Source: Patescibacteria group bacterium (GTDB lineage Bacteria > Patescibacteriota > Patescibacteriia > JBAZBY01). From it: a DNA stretch of 64,000 nt. The DNA is taken from NCBI GenBank assembly GCA_041671225.1, contig JBAZBY010000001.1:763454-827453 (forward strand), written 5' to 3'. A program made the position numbers and the translations under genes. Each line of letters opens with the position of its first letter. Position 1 is the stretch's first letter. Below, in pieces: positions 1-9,995 of the stretch. Below the pieces are notes generated by a model. It made no database searches and was not told where the DNA came from. It was given only the letters and a program-made list of their open reading frames with translations.

Positions 1-653
1 CGAGTATCACAAAAATCGCGACAGCATTGACTTTTTTGGAAGCGAATCCGGATTGGGATAAAGTCATGACTATTACGGATGACGATCATCCTCAGCCGAT
101 TCCTGGAGTTGAAATTGCAGTAGGTCCCGGCGATACTATTACCGTACGCGATTTGTTTGAAGCAATGCTTACGGGTTCCGCAAATAATGCTGCATATGCC
201 CTTGTGCGCTCTACAGGATTGTCTCGCGATGTATTCGTCACGAAAATGAATGATCTTGCAAAGCGTCTTGGAATGACCACGGCGCATTTTGTGGAGCCGA
301 GCGGGTTGAATACGGAGAATAAGGCAAGCGCACGCGATCTTGCAAAACTTTTTGAGTATGCAAGTCATCGTCTCGGTCTTTCGCAGGTAACGGTGCAAGG
401 AACCGACTCTTATACCAAACTCAATACCGGCGAAGTGCGCACGATCAAAAATCCGGTGTACCTCGCTTCCGGTCTGAATGATAAACCGCTTCGCATTGCC
501 AAAACAGGCTATCTTGATGAGTCACTGTATAATCTTGGCGTGAAGGTCCGCGGCAGCGACGGCAAAGAGCGCATAATTGTTGTTTTGGGTTCAGGATCAC
601 GCGCGTCGCGGAATAACGACGTCGCGCGACTTATTGATTGGTCACTCAATTAG
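1..653 (+). CDS. D-alanyl-D-alanine carboxypeptidase-like (peptidase S11) protein, C-terminal part; 5' end lies outside the window
   Basis: The reading frame is open from nt 3, so the gene starts upstream. The product has an S11-like C-terminal segment (SGLNTENKASARDLAKL, VYLASGLNDKPLRIAKTGYL). Confidence 0.55.
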   Translation, partial: SITKIATALTFLEANPDWDKVMTITDDDHPQPIPGVEIAVGPGDTITVRDLFEAMLTGSANNAAYALVRSTGLSRDVFVTKMNDLAKRLGMTTAHFVEPSGLNTENKASARDLAKLFEYASHRLGLSQVTVQGTDSYTKLNTGEVRTIKNPVYLASGLNDKPLRIAKTGYLDESLYNLGVKVRGSDGKERIIVVLGSGSRASRNNDVARLIDWSLN

Positions 654-654
654 G

Positions 655-1344
655 ATGGCATATCTTAGTGTCAAAAATCTCACAAAGAAATTTCATCTCG
701 GTGGTGAAACGATCACCGCGCTTGACGATGTGAGTTTTGATGTGCAGCAAGGTGAGTTTTTGTCCGTGACCGGGCAGAGTGGTTCGGGCAAATCAACACT
801 TATGCATATTCTTGGTGCGCTGGAGATACCCACAACAGGCACGTACGCGCTTGATGGCGAAGATATCAGCGGTAAGTCGCTTTCTTCACTTGTGCACGTT
901 CGTCGGCACTCTATTGGTTTTGTGTTTCAAACATTCAATCTCCTTCCGCGCCTCTCCGCAGCAGAAAATGTTGCCCTGCCTTTGATCTACCAGGGTATTG
1001 GTCTTGTTGAACGCCGTCATCGCGCCCAGGAGGCCCTGAAGCGCGTCGATCTTGAGAATCGCATGAAGCACAAGCCAAATGAACTTTCTGGCGGCGAACG
1101 CCAACGCGTTGCCGTCGCGCGCGCACTTGTGACAAATCCAAAGATCGTCCTTGCTGATGAACCAACCGGCAACCTTGATTCCAAGACAAGTGCCGAGATC
1201 ATGAAATTACTCCTGCAGCTCAAAGATCAAGGAACAACCATCATACTTGTTACACATGAGTCAGACCTTGCCAGACTCGCAGATCGCGTCTTAGAACTAC
1301 ACGATGGTAAAGTTGCATCAATAACATCTGGAGGTGCCAAATGA
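655..1344 (+). CDS. ABC transporter ATP-binding protein (MacB/LolD-like)
   Basis: Walker [14 protein letters not shown] signature LSGGERQRVAVARAL and Walker [13 protein letters not shown] are all present. The ATG at 655 follows the upstream stop directly, and the longer listed ORF (577) overlaps the preceding gene. Confidence 0.85.
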   Translation: MAYLSVKNLTKKFHLGGETITALDDVSFDVQQGEFLSVTGQSGSGKSTLMHILGALEIPTTGTYALDGEDISGKSLSSLVHVRRHSIGFVFQTFNLLPRLSAAENVALPLIYQGIGLVERRHRAQEALKRVDLENRMKHKPNELSGGERQRVAVARALVTNPKIVLADEPTGNLDSKTSAEIMKLLLQLKDQGTTIILVTHESDLARLADRVLELHDGKVASITSGGAK

Positions 1345-2573
1345 TCGCTCGTATTCTTGAATATTTCCGCATGGCCTTTCGTGCGATTTTGGGCAATATT
1401 GGCCGCTCGCTTCTTACCGTTCTTGGTGTCGTTATTGGTGTGGTTGCCATTCTGACGCTCATCGGTTTGGGCGCAGGAGTGAAGCGCGAAGTGACAAATG
1501 AAGTTGATGCGCTCGGCCCTTCAGTCTTTGCGGTGATTTCGGGTGATCTTGGTGAAGGTTCAGATATTAATCCGACTGCTGCCGCAGGAGCAAGTACGTT
1601 GACGAACAGTGACGTTCTTGCAGTACAGAACATAGCGGGTGTGGAAGTTGCAGCACCACTTGCGCTCATTGCCTCACCAGCTCGTTATGAAGAAAATGCG
1701 GGTCTTGGTGCCCTTGTTGTTGGCATTACCCCTGATGTTACGAATATTATTGAACTTACTATTGAACAGGGACGCTTCATCAATGAAGATGATATGACGA
1801 ATGAGCGGAATGTGCTTTATGTGGGTGATTCCCCACGTCAGCAGTTATTCCCAGGGATGAGTGCAGAAGATATTTTGGGCGAAGAGGTTATGATCGGCAC
1901 AGAAGCATACGAAGTGATTGGTGTGGCACCGGCGCAAACAGAGACATCGGTGTTTGGCGGTAGCACCAATCCCTTTTCTGGCTTTCTTGCCATTCCCTAT
2001 GCAACCGCCGAGGCAAACTTTGAGAATACACAGATCTTCCGTATTCTTGGCAAGGCAACAGATCCAGAGCAGGTTGATGCCGTGACAGGGCGCATCGAAG
2101 AGGCACTGTTGGCATCACATGGCACGAAGGACTTTAGTGTCTTTACACAGGCCGATCTCCTTGGCATTATCGACAACATCCTTTCTCTCATAACCAATGC
2201 TATTGTGGGTATTGGTGCGATCTCCCTTGTTGTTGGCGGCATCGGTATTATGAATATCATGCTTGTTTCTGTAACAGAACGCACAAAGGAGATTGGATTG
2301 CGCAAATCAATCGGTGCATCAAACAGCGATATTCTTATTCAGTTTTTACTCGAAGCATTACTCCTTTCCCTCCTTGGTGGGCTATTGGGACTTGCGATAA
2401 GTGGCCTTGCATCATTGATTGCAGACAAGGCTGCAAATATACCGATTCTTATTGATGGAAGCTCTGTTTTCCTTGCGGTTGGGTTCTCCGTCTTTGTCGG
2501 TATCGTCTTCGGCGTCGCCCCTGCGATCCGGGCGAGTAGACTGAACCCGATTGATGCGCTACGATACGAGTAA
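1341..2573 (+). CDS. ABC transporter permease, MacB/FtsX family
   Basis: The start overlaps the ATPase stop (ATGA). There is an N-terminal TM helix, a periplasmic domain and three C-terminal FtsX-type TM helices. Confidence 0.8.
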   Translation: MIARILEYFRMAFRAILGNIGRSLLTVLGVVIGVVAILTLIGLGAGVKREVTNEVDALGPSVFAVISGDLGEGSDINPTAAAGASTLTNSDVLAVQNIAGVEVAAPLALIASPARYEENAGLGALVVGITPDVTNIIELTIEQGRFINEDDMTNERNVLYVGDSPRQQLFPGMSAEDILGEEVMIGTEAYEVIGVAPAQTETSVFGGSTNPFSGFLAIPYATAEANFENTQIFRILGKATDPEQVDAVTGRIEEALLASHGTKDFSVFTQADLLGIIDNILSLITNAIVGIGAISLVVGGIGIMNIMLVSVTERTKEIGLRKSIGASNSDILIQFLLEALLLSLLGGLLGLAISGLASLIADKAANIPILIDGSSVFLAVGFSVFVGIVFGVAPAIRASRLNPIDALRYE

Positions 2574-2591
2574 GCATCATTAGGGGGACGC

Positions 2592-3272
2592 ATGATTGTT
2601 TTCAAAAATGTAACCAAAATTTATCCCGGAAAGACCGTTGGTCTTCAAAACGCCGATCTTGTAGTAGAACCCGGCGAGTTTATTTCTATTGTCGGTCAAT
2701 CCGGAGCAGGGAAGTCAACGCTCGTAAAGCTTATTACCGCAGAGGAACGTCTCACATCAGGACAGATTATTGTTGGCGGCTGGGATATTACGAATATTTC
2801 TCACAGTGACATTCCAACACTGCGCCGGCAGATTGGAATGATTTTTCAGGACTTCAAGTTGCTTCCTAAAAAGAAAGTTGAAGAGAATGTTGCCTTTGCA
2901 TTAGAAGTGGCAGCTGTGCCAGATCGTAAGATACGGGAGATCGTACCCCAGGTGCTGAAAATCGTTGGCCTAGAAGAAAAAATGGGTCGATATCCAAACC
3001 AGCTCTCCGGCGGAGAACAGCAGCGCGTTGCCATTGCGCGGGCGCTTGTGCACCGGCCAAAGATTTTGCTGGCAGATGAACCAACTGGCAACCTTGATTC
3101 GATCAACGCGCAGGATATCATTACCCTTCTTAAGAAGATCAATGAGTTTGGAACAACCGTCGTGCTTGTAACGCATAATCGCGAAGTGGTGAATCAGTTG
3201 CGCCGCCGTGTTATTACCATTGATAACGGGAATATTATCGCCGACCAAAAGGGCGGTAAATATATACTCTAG
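2592..3272 (+). CDS. ftsE: cell division ATP-binding protein FtsE
   Basis: The N-terminus [14 protein letters not shown] is FtsE-like. Walker [25 protein letters not shown] and [12 protein letters not shown] are present, and ftsX follows immediately. Confidence 0.8.
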   Translation: MIVFKNVTKIYPGKTVGLQNADLVVEPGEFISIVGQSGAGKSTLVKLITAEERLTSGQIIVGGWDITNISHSDIPTLRRQIGMIFQDFKLLPKKKVEENVAFALEVAAVPDRKIREIVPQVLKIVGLEEKMGRYPNQLSGGEQQRVAIARALVHRPKILLADEPTGNLDSINAQDIITLLKKINEFGTTVVLVTHNREVVNQLRRRVITIDNGNIIADQKGGKYIL

Positions 3273-3274
3273 CT

Positions 3275-4195
3275 ATGTGGCATACCACTAAACGCGCATT
3301 TCTCTTTGCTGGTCAGAATTTCATACGAAATTTCTGGCTCTCTTTGGTAACGCTGCTGATTATGGTGCTCACATTGTTCATGATAACAACACTTGCGGGC
3401 GTGCAGCTTGTTTCGACTGAGGCGATTCGCTCTGTTGAAAATCAAGTGGATGTGACGGTGTACTTTGAGCCAGAGACTCCGGAATCTGTGGTATTTGATG
3501 TGCAGGAAGGTTTGCTTGCTGATAGTCGCGTGGAAGGCGTTCGTTTTGTTTCCCGTACAGAGGCTCTAGCGGAATTCAGGGAAAAAAATCAGGATAATCC
3601 ACTACTTCTTGACGCTATTGAGGCATTAGAGACAAACCCACTTGGTCCAACACTTGTTGTGAAGGCAGTGCAGCTTGCTGACTATGCAGAGATTCTTAAA
3701 GCGCTTGAAACCGAGGATGTCTCTCGTTTTATTCAGGATGAAGGAAGAGACTTTGAAGAAACAGCACTTGTCGTTGAGCGGCTTTCTGGCATCACTGACC
3801 GACTACGTCAGATCGGCCTCATTGTGTCCTCGGTGTTTGTGTTGATCGCGATGATGATGACGGTGAACACTATTCGTATTGCGATTTACACGCACCGCGA
3901 GGAAATAGCCATCATGAAGCTTGTGGGCGCAACAAATGGTTTTATACGCGCACCATTTATCATTGAGTCTCTGTATTATGCGGTGCTCGGAGCGATCATT
4001 ACGACGCTGCTTTTCCTGCCGATGATCGGCCTTGTTGACGCGTGGCTTGGTGGTTTTTTTGCCGGTTATGAACTCGGCGTGGTTGAACTCTTACAAAACA
4101 ACCTGCTCTGGTTTTTCCTGGGGCAGCTGGCCTTTGCGGTTTTTCTTTCTGCGCTTTCAGCGGCAATTGCTGTTGGCAGGTACTTGCGAGTTTAA
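3275..4195 (+). CDS. ftsX: cell division permease FtsX
   Basis: The gene is adjacent to ftsE. The product has an N-terminal TM helix, a periplasmic domain and three C-terminal TM helices (FtsX topology). Confidence 0.75.
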   Translation: MWHTTKRAFLFAGQNFIRNFWLSLVTLLIMVLTLFMITTLAGVQLVSTEAIRSVENQVDVTVYFEPETPESVVFDVQEGLLADSRVEGVRFVSRTEALAEFREKNQDNPLLLDAIEALETNPLGPTLVVKAVQLADYAEILKALETEDVSRFIQDEGRDFEETALVVERLSGITDRLRQIGLIVSSVFVLIAMMMTVNTIRIAIYTHREEIAIMKLVGATNGFIRAPFIIESLYYAVLGAIITTLLFLPMIGLVDAWLGGFFAGYELGVVELLQNNLLWFFLGQLAFAVFLSALSAAIAVGRYLRV

Positions 4196-4554
4196 AAGTA
4201 GCTTTTGTCTTCTGGTGCCTGCGCTTTCGTTATAACCTCCTGCACGTCTGGCGGATAGATTTTTGTGATGCAAAATATTCCCGATGTTGTTTTCTTTTCA
4301 GCGTGAATGGTTTGTTCCAGTATATGCGCTTCTCCCCAGAAGAGCCATTTGCCGTCGATGTTCTGAACAAGATGCACGCGTACTGGCGCGGGCTGGTACA
4401 GCCGCATATCCTTTTTCTCAAATGGGAATGTCATGCCAGAAAAATCCTCAGTGGTGAAAGGCGTCTGCAGATGCTTCTCCAATATAAGCGCAGCAGGAAA
4501 TCCTTGTTCCTGCGTTATCTGCAATGTGTCGTTTATTTCGATAAAGCTACCCAT
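4192..4554 (-). CDS. hypothetical protein
   Basis: A 120-aa ORF with no recognisable motif. Confidence 0.35.
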   Translation of the reverse strand: MGSFIEINDTLQITQEQGFPAALILEKHLQTPFTTEDFSGMTFPFEKKDMRLYQPAPVRVHLVQNIDGKWLFWGEAHILEQTIHAEKKTTSGIFCITKIYPPDVQEVITKAQAPEDKSYF

Positions 4555-4761
4555 TAACGACTTATCAACATAAATCCAAGCAGCATGAGACTCGCAAGAA
4601 CGCAGAGACTGATAAGGTGACTATCTTTTGCTAGTGGATTTTCCATGAGAATAGTATAGCGTTTTTTTGTGTCCCCGCAAATGAGAGGGTTTGGTGTCAC
4701 GCTTGCGGCACGTGGCTTTGCTCGCCATGAACCTGAACGAACGGAGTGAGTGAATGGTTTA

Positions 4762-4774
4762 TGGCTCGGGGACA
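4762..4774. repeat. 13-nt direct copy (TGGCTCGGGGACA) of the tRNA-Gln 3' end; candidate distal att/direct repeat of the island
   Basis: Identical to 12127-12139 (the reverse complement of the tRNA 3' terminus including CCA). A chance 13-mer match within 64 kb is unlikely (about 0.002). Confidence 0.55.
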
Positions 4775-4989
4775 ACTTGTCCGCCTCTGGCGGAGGGATT
4801 TATCGCCTCGCCCCGCGCCTAGCGGTGCTCGTTGTCCGGGGCAGCAGTGAACGCTGCGCCAGCTCGCGTTCCCTGATCGCTCGCCGTCGCCACGCCTTCG
4901 GCAAGTGGCTTGGCTCGCTTCTGCCCGGTTCGAATCCTCCATAAACAAAAAAGGTTCTGCCGCCCGCAGACGGGCGCCAAAACCTTTTT

Positions 4990-5177
4990 GGCTCTCTTTA
5001 CTGTGCGCCGCGCGAACCTATTTTGAGACGCAGGAAGGAAAAAACGGGGAAAAATGAAAAAATCTTCTCTTGGAGGGGCGGGGCGGAATTCCCCCCAAAC
5101 CCCCCTTCCGCCCCGCCCCTTTTCTTGGGCGCGAAAATCTGAGAGTACGAAGATCTTTGTTTTACTACCGTCGCTTC
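4990..5177. repeat. 188-bp inverted repeat, arm A (perfect reverse complement of 10276-10463)
   Basis: Verified by direct reverse-complement comparison. It contains the GGGGCGGGGCGGAATTCCCCCCAAACCCCCCTTCCGCCCCGCCCC G-rich palindrome. Confidence 0.9.
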
Positions 5178-5302
5178 ACCCTTCGTGCTTGCTCAGTGCT
5201 TGCTTCGTGTTCGTTCGGTGGTGTCCATGGTAACTCTTTGTGCTTACCCCACCCGCCCTGTGAGCGCGTAAACCCGTCCGCTAACGCGGACGACTCCTTT
5301 AA

Positions 5303-7666
5303 TTAGTATTTTTGATAAATGGTGTTAAAGTCTGTAATTTTTCCTTTAAGCTGTGAAAGGCCGTGGTCGTCGCCCACATCAACATGAGAAGTAGTCCAAT
5401 TACAAAAAGAATATATATTCTTGATCTTATCCAAATCGTCGTCAGAAACTTGCTTATTTGTTTTTATGCCATCTACAACTTTTGGAAAGTCCTGCAATAC
5501 ATCAAGGTGTAGGAGACGGCATTTAATAAAGTTTTCAGTCTCGTATCTTAAATATTGGCCATACTCAACTATTTGAAGTTCAACATCAAAACCATTCTGG
5601 TTTTGTCCAAGTTGCAATAAATGTTCCTCAAAGTTGGTAAGTTTTTCAATGAACCTTTGCGTCATGCTTTTACAAATAAAGCTCCCGCCAAATCTCTTTT
5701 CGTTTCTTAGAATGTTGTATTCAAGTGATTGATCGCGGAATTTTTTGCGCAGAAACTTAAAAAATGTTCTGTGGTGAGTAAAAACAAATGTTTGTGAGAA
5801 TTTGTCTTTTTCAGTAGCAATCAAATCTACCAAGCTACTCAAGTTGCTATCGTCTAAACTTGTAATAGGATCGTCAAAGATAAGAATTTTCTTATCCTCA
5901 TCTTTCTGAATATCAAGGAAGGCAAAAAAGAAGCAGAGTGATAGAACCTGTATCTCGCCTTCCGACAGTCCTTCTTTAAGATCTCTTTCGGTCCCGTCAG
6001 AATCAATGACCCTAAACGCTAAAGGCAACTCTTTTGTAGAACCTGTGTGGCGATTGTCTGTATCAAGTTCTAAAGTAAAACTAAATTTGAAATTGCTAAA
6101 ATAGGATTCAATTTTTCGGAGTGTTTTTTTAAAAGCACCCTTAGCGCAATACTCCTCGTAGGATTCTCTTGCTATTTTGTGGGCTTCTCGTGCCTTCTCA
6201 AGCGACCTTATTAACTTGTTTAATTCTTTTAGTTGTTGGAGTTTGAACTTATTACTTTCAATCTTATTACTATTGATAAACCCCAACTCCCGCTCAATAT
6301 CATTCAAATTTCTTTGATTCTTTTCGATTCTACCAGCTAATTTTTCATCAGTATGCTCCTTTTTGAAATTTCTAATAAGCTTATTCTTGGCTTTTACAAA
6401 GCGCGCAAGTTCTAAAAAATATTTTTTTAGATTACTAAACTCATCTCGCGCCTCGCCAAACAGAATGGATATATCCTCTTTGGTAGGTTTCCCAAGATTA
6501 ACAAGTTTTGTTTTTAACTCGCCGATCTTTTTTAGGGTCGGTAATTTTCTAAAATATTCCTCCTTTTCTATGTCGTAAAGTCCTTTTATGGTATATTGTT
6601 CAACGAGCTTCTTCATTTTGATAAAATAATCGTCCAACTCAAACTCGTTGAGTGCCTCTTGTACTTGTTCCAGCTCTGCTATTAAGGTTTCCTTGTATTT
6701 TTCAAACTGACCCTCCTGCTCCTTATAAGATTCATCATAAATTTGATTGTAAGTTTTGACTATCTGTTTTATTTCTTCCTCTCTATTTTGCGTCCCGCAA
6801 AACGGGCATTGATTTGGGTGTTCATCTCTTACATCAAACCCCATTTCAAAAAATTCTTTATGTTTTTTAATCTGCTCAACCAAACTACGCTCGGCCTCCA
6901 CTTTTGCACGCTCTTTTAGTTTGAAATTAAAAACTTTCTGATAGGAAGTTTTTGAGGAGAGGTTAAACTCGATATCAACTTCCTCTAATTCTTGTATGAC
7001 TTGAACTTCCCTCGTCTTTTGCAAGAGCTGACTATCAAGTTCTAGTTCGTTGGACAAATCCACCCTCTTTTGACCGAGTTCTTCCCTTATGTTCTTAGTA
7101 GTATTTTCGTCCTTTCGTTTATACTTTCTAAAAAGTCTTTCCCCATCTTCATCTAATTCAAAACCAAGAACCCGTTTATTGCTTGTCTTAAAGTCATCAA
7201 GTTTCTGATTTTTCTCCTCCTTTATTCCAGCCAATCTATCCCTAACCTTGCGAAGTTCAATGGCATCGCCGTCAAACTCTATGACGAGGTTTCCGGATTC
7301 TTGCTCCTGTTCACCTTGCTGTGTACCTCGTTCACGGCCAAGATGAACATGCCTATCCACAAATTCCCGGTCAAAAAATAATATAGAATCTTTCGGAATA
7401 TAATCATCCCACTTATCCTCAGTGCGAGTATATTTATACCTCTTACTATCAATCAATACTTGCGCTTCTTCAGGGTAGCATTTAGTAAATTTTTTATTTT
7501 GAGATACGCTTTTAAGAATGTTACAAATTGAACTTTTTCCGCTTCCGTTCTCGCCATATAAAATGTTGGTCTTTTGGTGGAAATTCTCGGTATTAAAAAA
7601 ATTATGCCAAGAAAAATCTTGGAATGATTTATAACTTTTTATCTTCTTGATTTGCTTGAGTTTCAT
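5303..7666 (-). CDS. AAA_13-family ABC-type ATPase with a long coiled coil and Rad50-like CxxC zinc hook (RloC/PrrC-like; candidate anticodon nuclease or defence ATPase)
   Basis: Walker A GENGSGKSS at the N-terminus. A lysine/glutamate-rich coiled coil of about 450 aa has CPFCG at its centre. Walker B ILIFDDPITSLD and the H-loop FTHH follow. A C-terminal extension of about 170 aa contains RLLH. The gene is AT-rich (about 35% GC). Confidence 0.65.
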   Translation of the reverse strand: MKLKQIKKIKSYKSFQDFSWHNFFNTENFHQKTNILYGENGSGKSSICNILKSVSQNKKFTKCYPEEAQVLIDSKRYKYTRTEDKWDDYIPKDSILFFDREFVDRHVHLGRERGTQQGEQEQESGNLVIEFDGDAIELRKVRDRLAGIKEEKNQKLDDFKTSNKRVLGFELDEDGERLFRKYKRKDENTTKNIREELGQKRVDLSNELELDSQLLQKTREVQVIQELEEVDIEFNLSSKTSYQKVFNFKLKERAKVEAERSLVEQIKKHKEFFEMGFDVRDEHPNQCPFCGTQNREEEIKQIVKTYNQIYDESYKEQEGQFEKYKETLIAELEQVQEALNEFELDDYFIKMKKLVEQYTIKGLYDIEKEEYFRKLPTLKKIGELKTKLVNLGKPTKEDISILFGEARDEFSNLKKYFLELARFVKAKNKLIRNFKKEHTDEKLAGRIEKNQRNLNDIERELGFINSNKIESNKFKLQQLKELNKLIRSLEKAREAHKIARESYEEYCAKGAFKKTLRKIESYFSNFKFSFTLELDTDNRHTGSTKELPLAFRVIDSDGTERDLKEGLSEGEIQVLSLCFFFAFLDIQKDEDKKILIFDDPITSLDDSNLSSLVDLIATEKDKFSQTFVFTHHRTFFKFLRKKFRDQSLEYNILRNEKRFGGSFICKSMTQRFIEKLTNFEEHLLQLGQNQNGFDVELQIVEYGQYLRYETENFIKCRLLHLDVLQDFPKVVDGIKTNKQVSDDDLDKIKNIYSFCNWTTSHVDVGDDHGLSQLKGKITDFNTIYQKY

Positions 7667-7692
7667 CTTCCGGTCATGGCAAGGACGTCTTG

Positions 7693-8862
7693 TTACCGAT
7701 TTCCTTTTGCTCTATTGTGTGTTTTACACAGCATCTCACAATTCTTCGCCGAAGTAGCACCGCCCTTGCTCCACGCTGATACATGGTCTGCTTCCATTTC
7801 GCCAAAACCCCAAATCTTGCTTTTGTTAGCATCATGCCCAACGGCGCAAAGCGAGCAGTTTGACTTCTCTTTGGTTTCAGCCTCTTTGGTTTGTTTAGCA
7901 TAAACAGATCGTTTGGTCGCCTCATCAAAAAATCGGACATCTAGCAATTTTGTATCAACGGAGCCACCGAGAATGTATTCAAAAATGCCTCTGCGATTTT
8001 TGATATACGGATCACCATAGAGCTTATGCACCTCAGCCGATACTTTGGCTGGGTTATATGATTTTTTGTGATACTCCCCGTAAAGTCGTCCCCATTCAAG
8101 CCCGCGCATTTCGCTTTCTACGTCGGTAAATACGCCAGATACCCAATCAATGACGGTGTTAAAGTATTTTTTCAGCTCATCAATGTTTTTGTCTTTGCGA
8201 TGCTTGCTCATGTAATCGCCAATATTGCCTTTGCTAACCCAATCCAAAGCACATTCCAAAAATTCCTGTCGGTTCGCACTACCGGATACATATGCGCTCC
8301 ATTTTTGAATGTTGGCGTTTTGGCTATTGCTAAATTCTTCTTTAGCCCTAGTTACGAATGGACCGGAATACACGGCGTTGAGTAACTCCTGATTATTAAG
8401 TGGAACACCAGCAATATTTATGGTCTTGAACCATTCTTTTATCTGACTCTCTGTTCCTTCACATTCGTAAATGAGTAGTTTCGTTTCCAAAATCTTGGCT
8501 TGTTTGTCTTTTGCCATGCCACCAAAGTATTGTTCCATGCCATTTTCGTCCTTGATGGCAAATTTGTCCGTGATAAATCGTCCGAGACTTGTGATGCGCT
8601 GTTGTCCATCTAAAACTTCTAGGTTGTCGGCGGAGACGATATTAAAATAAATCAATCCGATTGGGTATCCCTTGAGAACTGATTCGATGACGGCCATTTC
8701 TCTTTTTCCGCCATCAGATGCATAAATATAATTTCGTTGATACTCCGGTTGGATGGTAAGCTTGCCAGACAAGCCAAACAGACCCTTACCCTCAAGTTCG
8801 TTATAGACAAATCCGTCACAGATCTCTTGAACAGTTACATTGGTTTTTAGGGTTGTTTTCAT
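7693..8862 (-). CDS. DUF262 (ParB-like NTPase/nuclease) domain fused to a C-terminal HNH nuclease; GmrSD-like type IV restriction enzyme candidate
   Basis: The N-terminal DGQQR motif ([13 protein letters not shown]) is typical of DUF262. The C-terminal HNH motif is CSLCAVGHD...[11 protein letters not shown]...[15 protein letters not shown]. Confidence 0.7.
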   Translation of the reverse strand: MKTTLKTNVTVQEICDGFVYNELEGKGLFGLSGKLTIQPEYQRNYIYASDGGKREMAVIESVLKGYPIGLIYFNIVSADNLEVLDGQQRITSLGRFITDKFAIKDENGMEQYFGGMAKDKQAKILETKLLIYECEGTESQIKEWFKTINIAGVPLNNQELLNAVYSGPFVTRAKEEFSNSQNANIQKWSAYVSGSANRQEFLECALDWVSKGNIGDYMSKHRKDKNIDELKKYFNTVIDWVSGVFTDVESEMRGLEWGRLYGEYHKKSYNPAKVSAEVHKLYGDPYIKNRRGIFEYILGGSVDTKLLDVRFFDEATKRSVYAKQTKEAETKEKSNCSLCAVGHDANKSKIWGFGEMEADHVSAWSKGGATSAKNCEMLCKTHNRAKGNR

Positions 8863-8863
8863 A

Positions 8864-9991
8864 TTATTTCTTTTTAATAAATATCCGCTTGAATTTGGTT
8901 TTTCCGTTTATTATGCAATGAGGATTTTTGCCGTCCCAAATGCCGCCAGAAAAGCCCTTTCCGTTATCTTCTGCCATTCCGACAATTTCAAATTGTTCAG
9001 GATTATATTTGTCCAAATAACTAATTGGCACACCCATCACACCTTCATAATCACTTGGGATGGCGTCGGTAAACGGCACTTCTATTGCATTATAATTGTC
9101 ATATTTATAATATGTTTTTTCGCCTTTAATCTCTTTGTGTCTACTGTATTTCAAATTTTCTTCCATTGTCATAAGTGGTAATGGTTGATGACGTCTTCCG
9201 TGATCAAGATTAGTGAGCCATAAACAGCTATTAGTAGCAACAATTCTATCCCCATTTTCATCTATTCGCGCTTCTGTTCCAAATAATTCGTAAGATTTGG
9301 GTACAATAAACCCAGAAATCCATCTTCCCATTCCATTACCAAGCCATATTTCATTATTTCTAATTTTTGGGAAAACTTCTTTATATGTTATGCAATTAAT
9401 ATTGCCGATTATCAAAAACTTTTTTTTGTGTTCAAAAAGTTGCTTAACATACTCACGGAACAAACTAAACGGCGGATTGGTTACCACAATATCAGACTGT
9501 TTCAGTAATGCTATACATTCGGGACTTCTGAAGTCACCATCTTCCTCAAGGGGCATCCATTCGTTGTTTTTGTTTTCCTTTAACTGTTTGGCAACATCTT
9601 TCAGATTGAACTCGCCATCGCCGTCTATGTCGTGCACTTCGTTTATAATGAATGTATTGGCAGTTATCTTTGGACGGCCTTTTGCATTTACAAGCGTTTT
9701 GTCATCACCAAATAATCCCAGTTGCGTGTTGGCGACAGGCGATGGTTTGTAGCTCGTTGTGATTAGCTGTTTCAGTCCAAGTCTGTTGAAATTGAGAACA
9801 AAATAACGGAAGAAATTACTCTCAAATGGATCGTCGCAGTTGCAATACACAACTTTAGCTCGAAATGTATTAGGGTTGTAATCTAAATACTTCTCAATTT
9901 CTTTCTGAATATCGCCATATTGAGTATAAAACTCATCGTTCTTTGCTCGTTTCGCATTTGTAAGATTTTTGACTGATGCTTCTCTAGCCAT
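8864..9991 (-). CDS. putative DNA N6-adenine/N4-cytosine amino-methyltransferase (NPPF catalytic motif)
   Basis: [12 protein letters not shown] matches motif IV (D/N)PP(Y/F). The upstream [11 protein letters not shown] resembles a degenerate motif I. It lies 1 nt from the DUF262-HNH gene on the same strand. Confidence 0.55.
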   Translation of the reverse strand: MAREASVKNLTNAKRAKNDEFYTQYGDIQKEIEKYLDYNPNTFRAKVVYCNCDDPFESNFFRYFVLNFNRLGLKQLITTSYKPSPVANTQLGLFGDDKTLVNAKGRPKITANTFIINEVHDIDGDGEFNLKDVAKQLKENKNNEWMPLEEDGDFRSPECIALLKQSDIVVTNPPFSLFREYVKQLFEHKKKFLIIGNINCITYKEVFPKIRNNEIWLGNGMGRWISGFIVPKSYELFGTEARIDENGDRIVATNSCLWLTNLDHGRRHQPLPLMTMEENLKYSRHKEIKGEKTYYKYDNYNAIEVPFTDAIPSDYEGVMGVPISYLDKYNPEQFEIVGMAEDNGKGFSGGIWDGKNPHCIINGKTKFKRIFIKKK

Positions 9992-9995
9992 AAAT

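Noticed and set aside
577-654. Longer 5' extension of the ABC ATPase ORF overlapping the carboxypeptidase gene
   Set aside because: The extension overlaps the upstream gene in another frame. The ATG at 655 directly follows the upstream stop and precedes the conserved ATPase N-terminus.
4934-4951. A second tRNA gene on the plus strand ending near 4951
   Set aside because: Only a T-loop-like 11-mer is present. No acceptor, D or anticodon arms can be folded from the upstream 60 nt. It is treated as a remnant.
4690-4960. Possible tmRNA (ssrA) suggested by GGTTCGAATCC and the GC-rich structured context
   Set aside because: The T-loop-like sequence has no complementary T-stem and no CCA-proximal acceptor pairing with a 5' GGGG end. 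No tag-peptide reading frame ending in ...AA followed by a stop was found.
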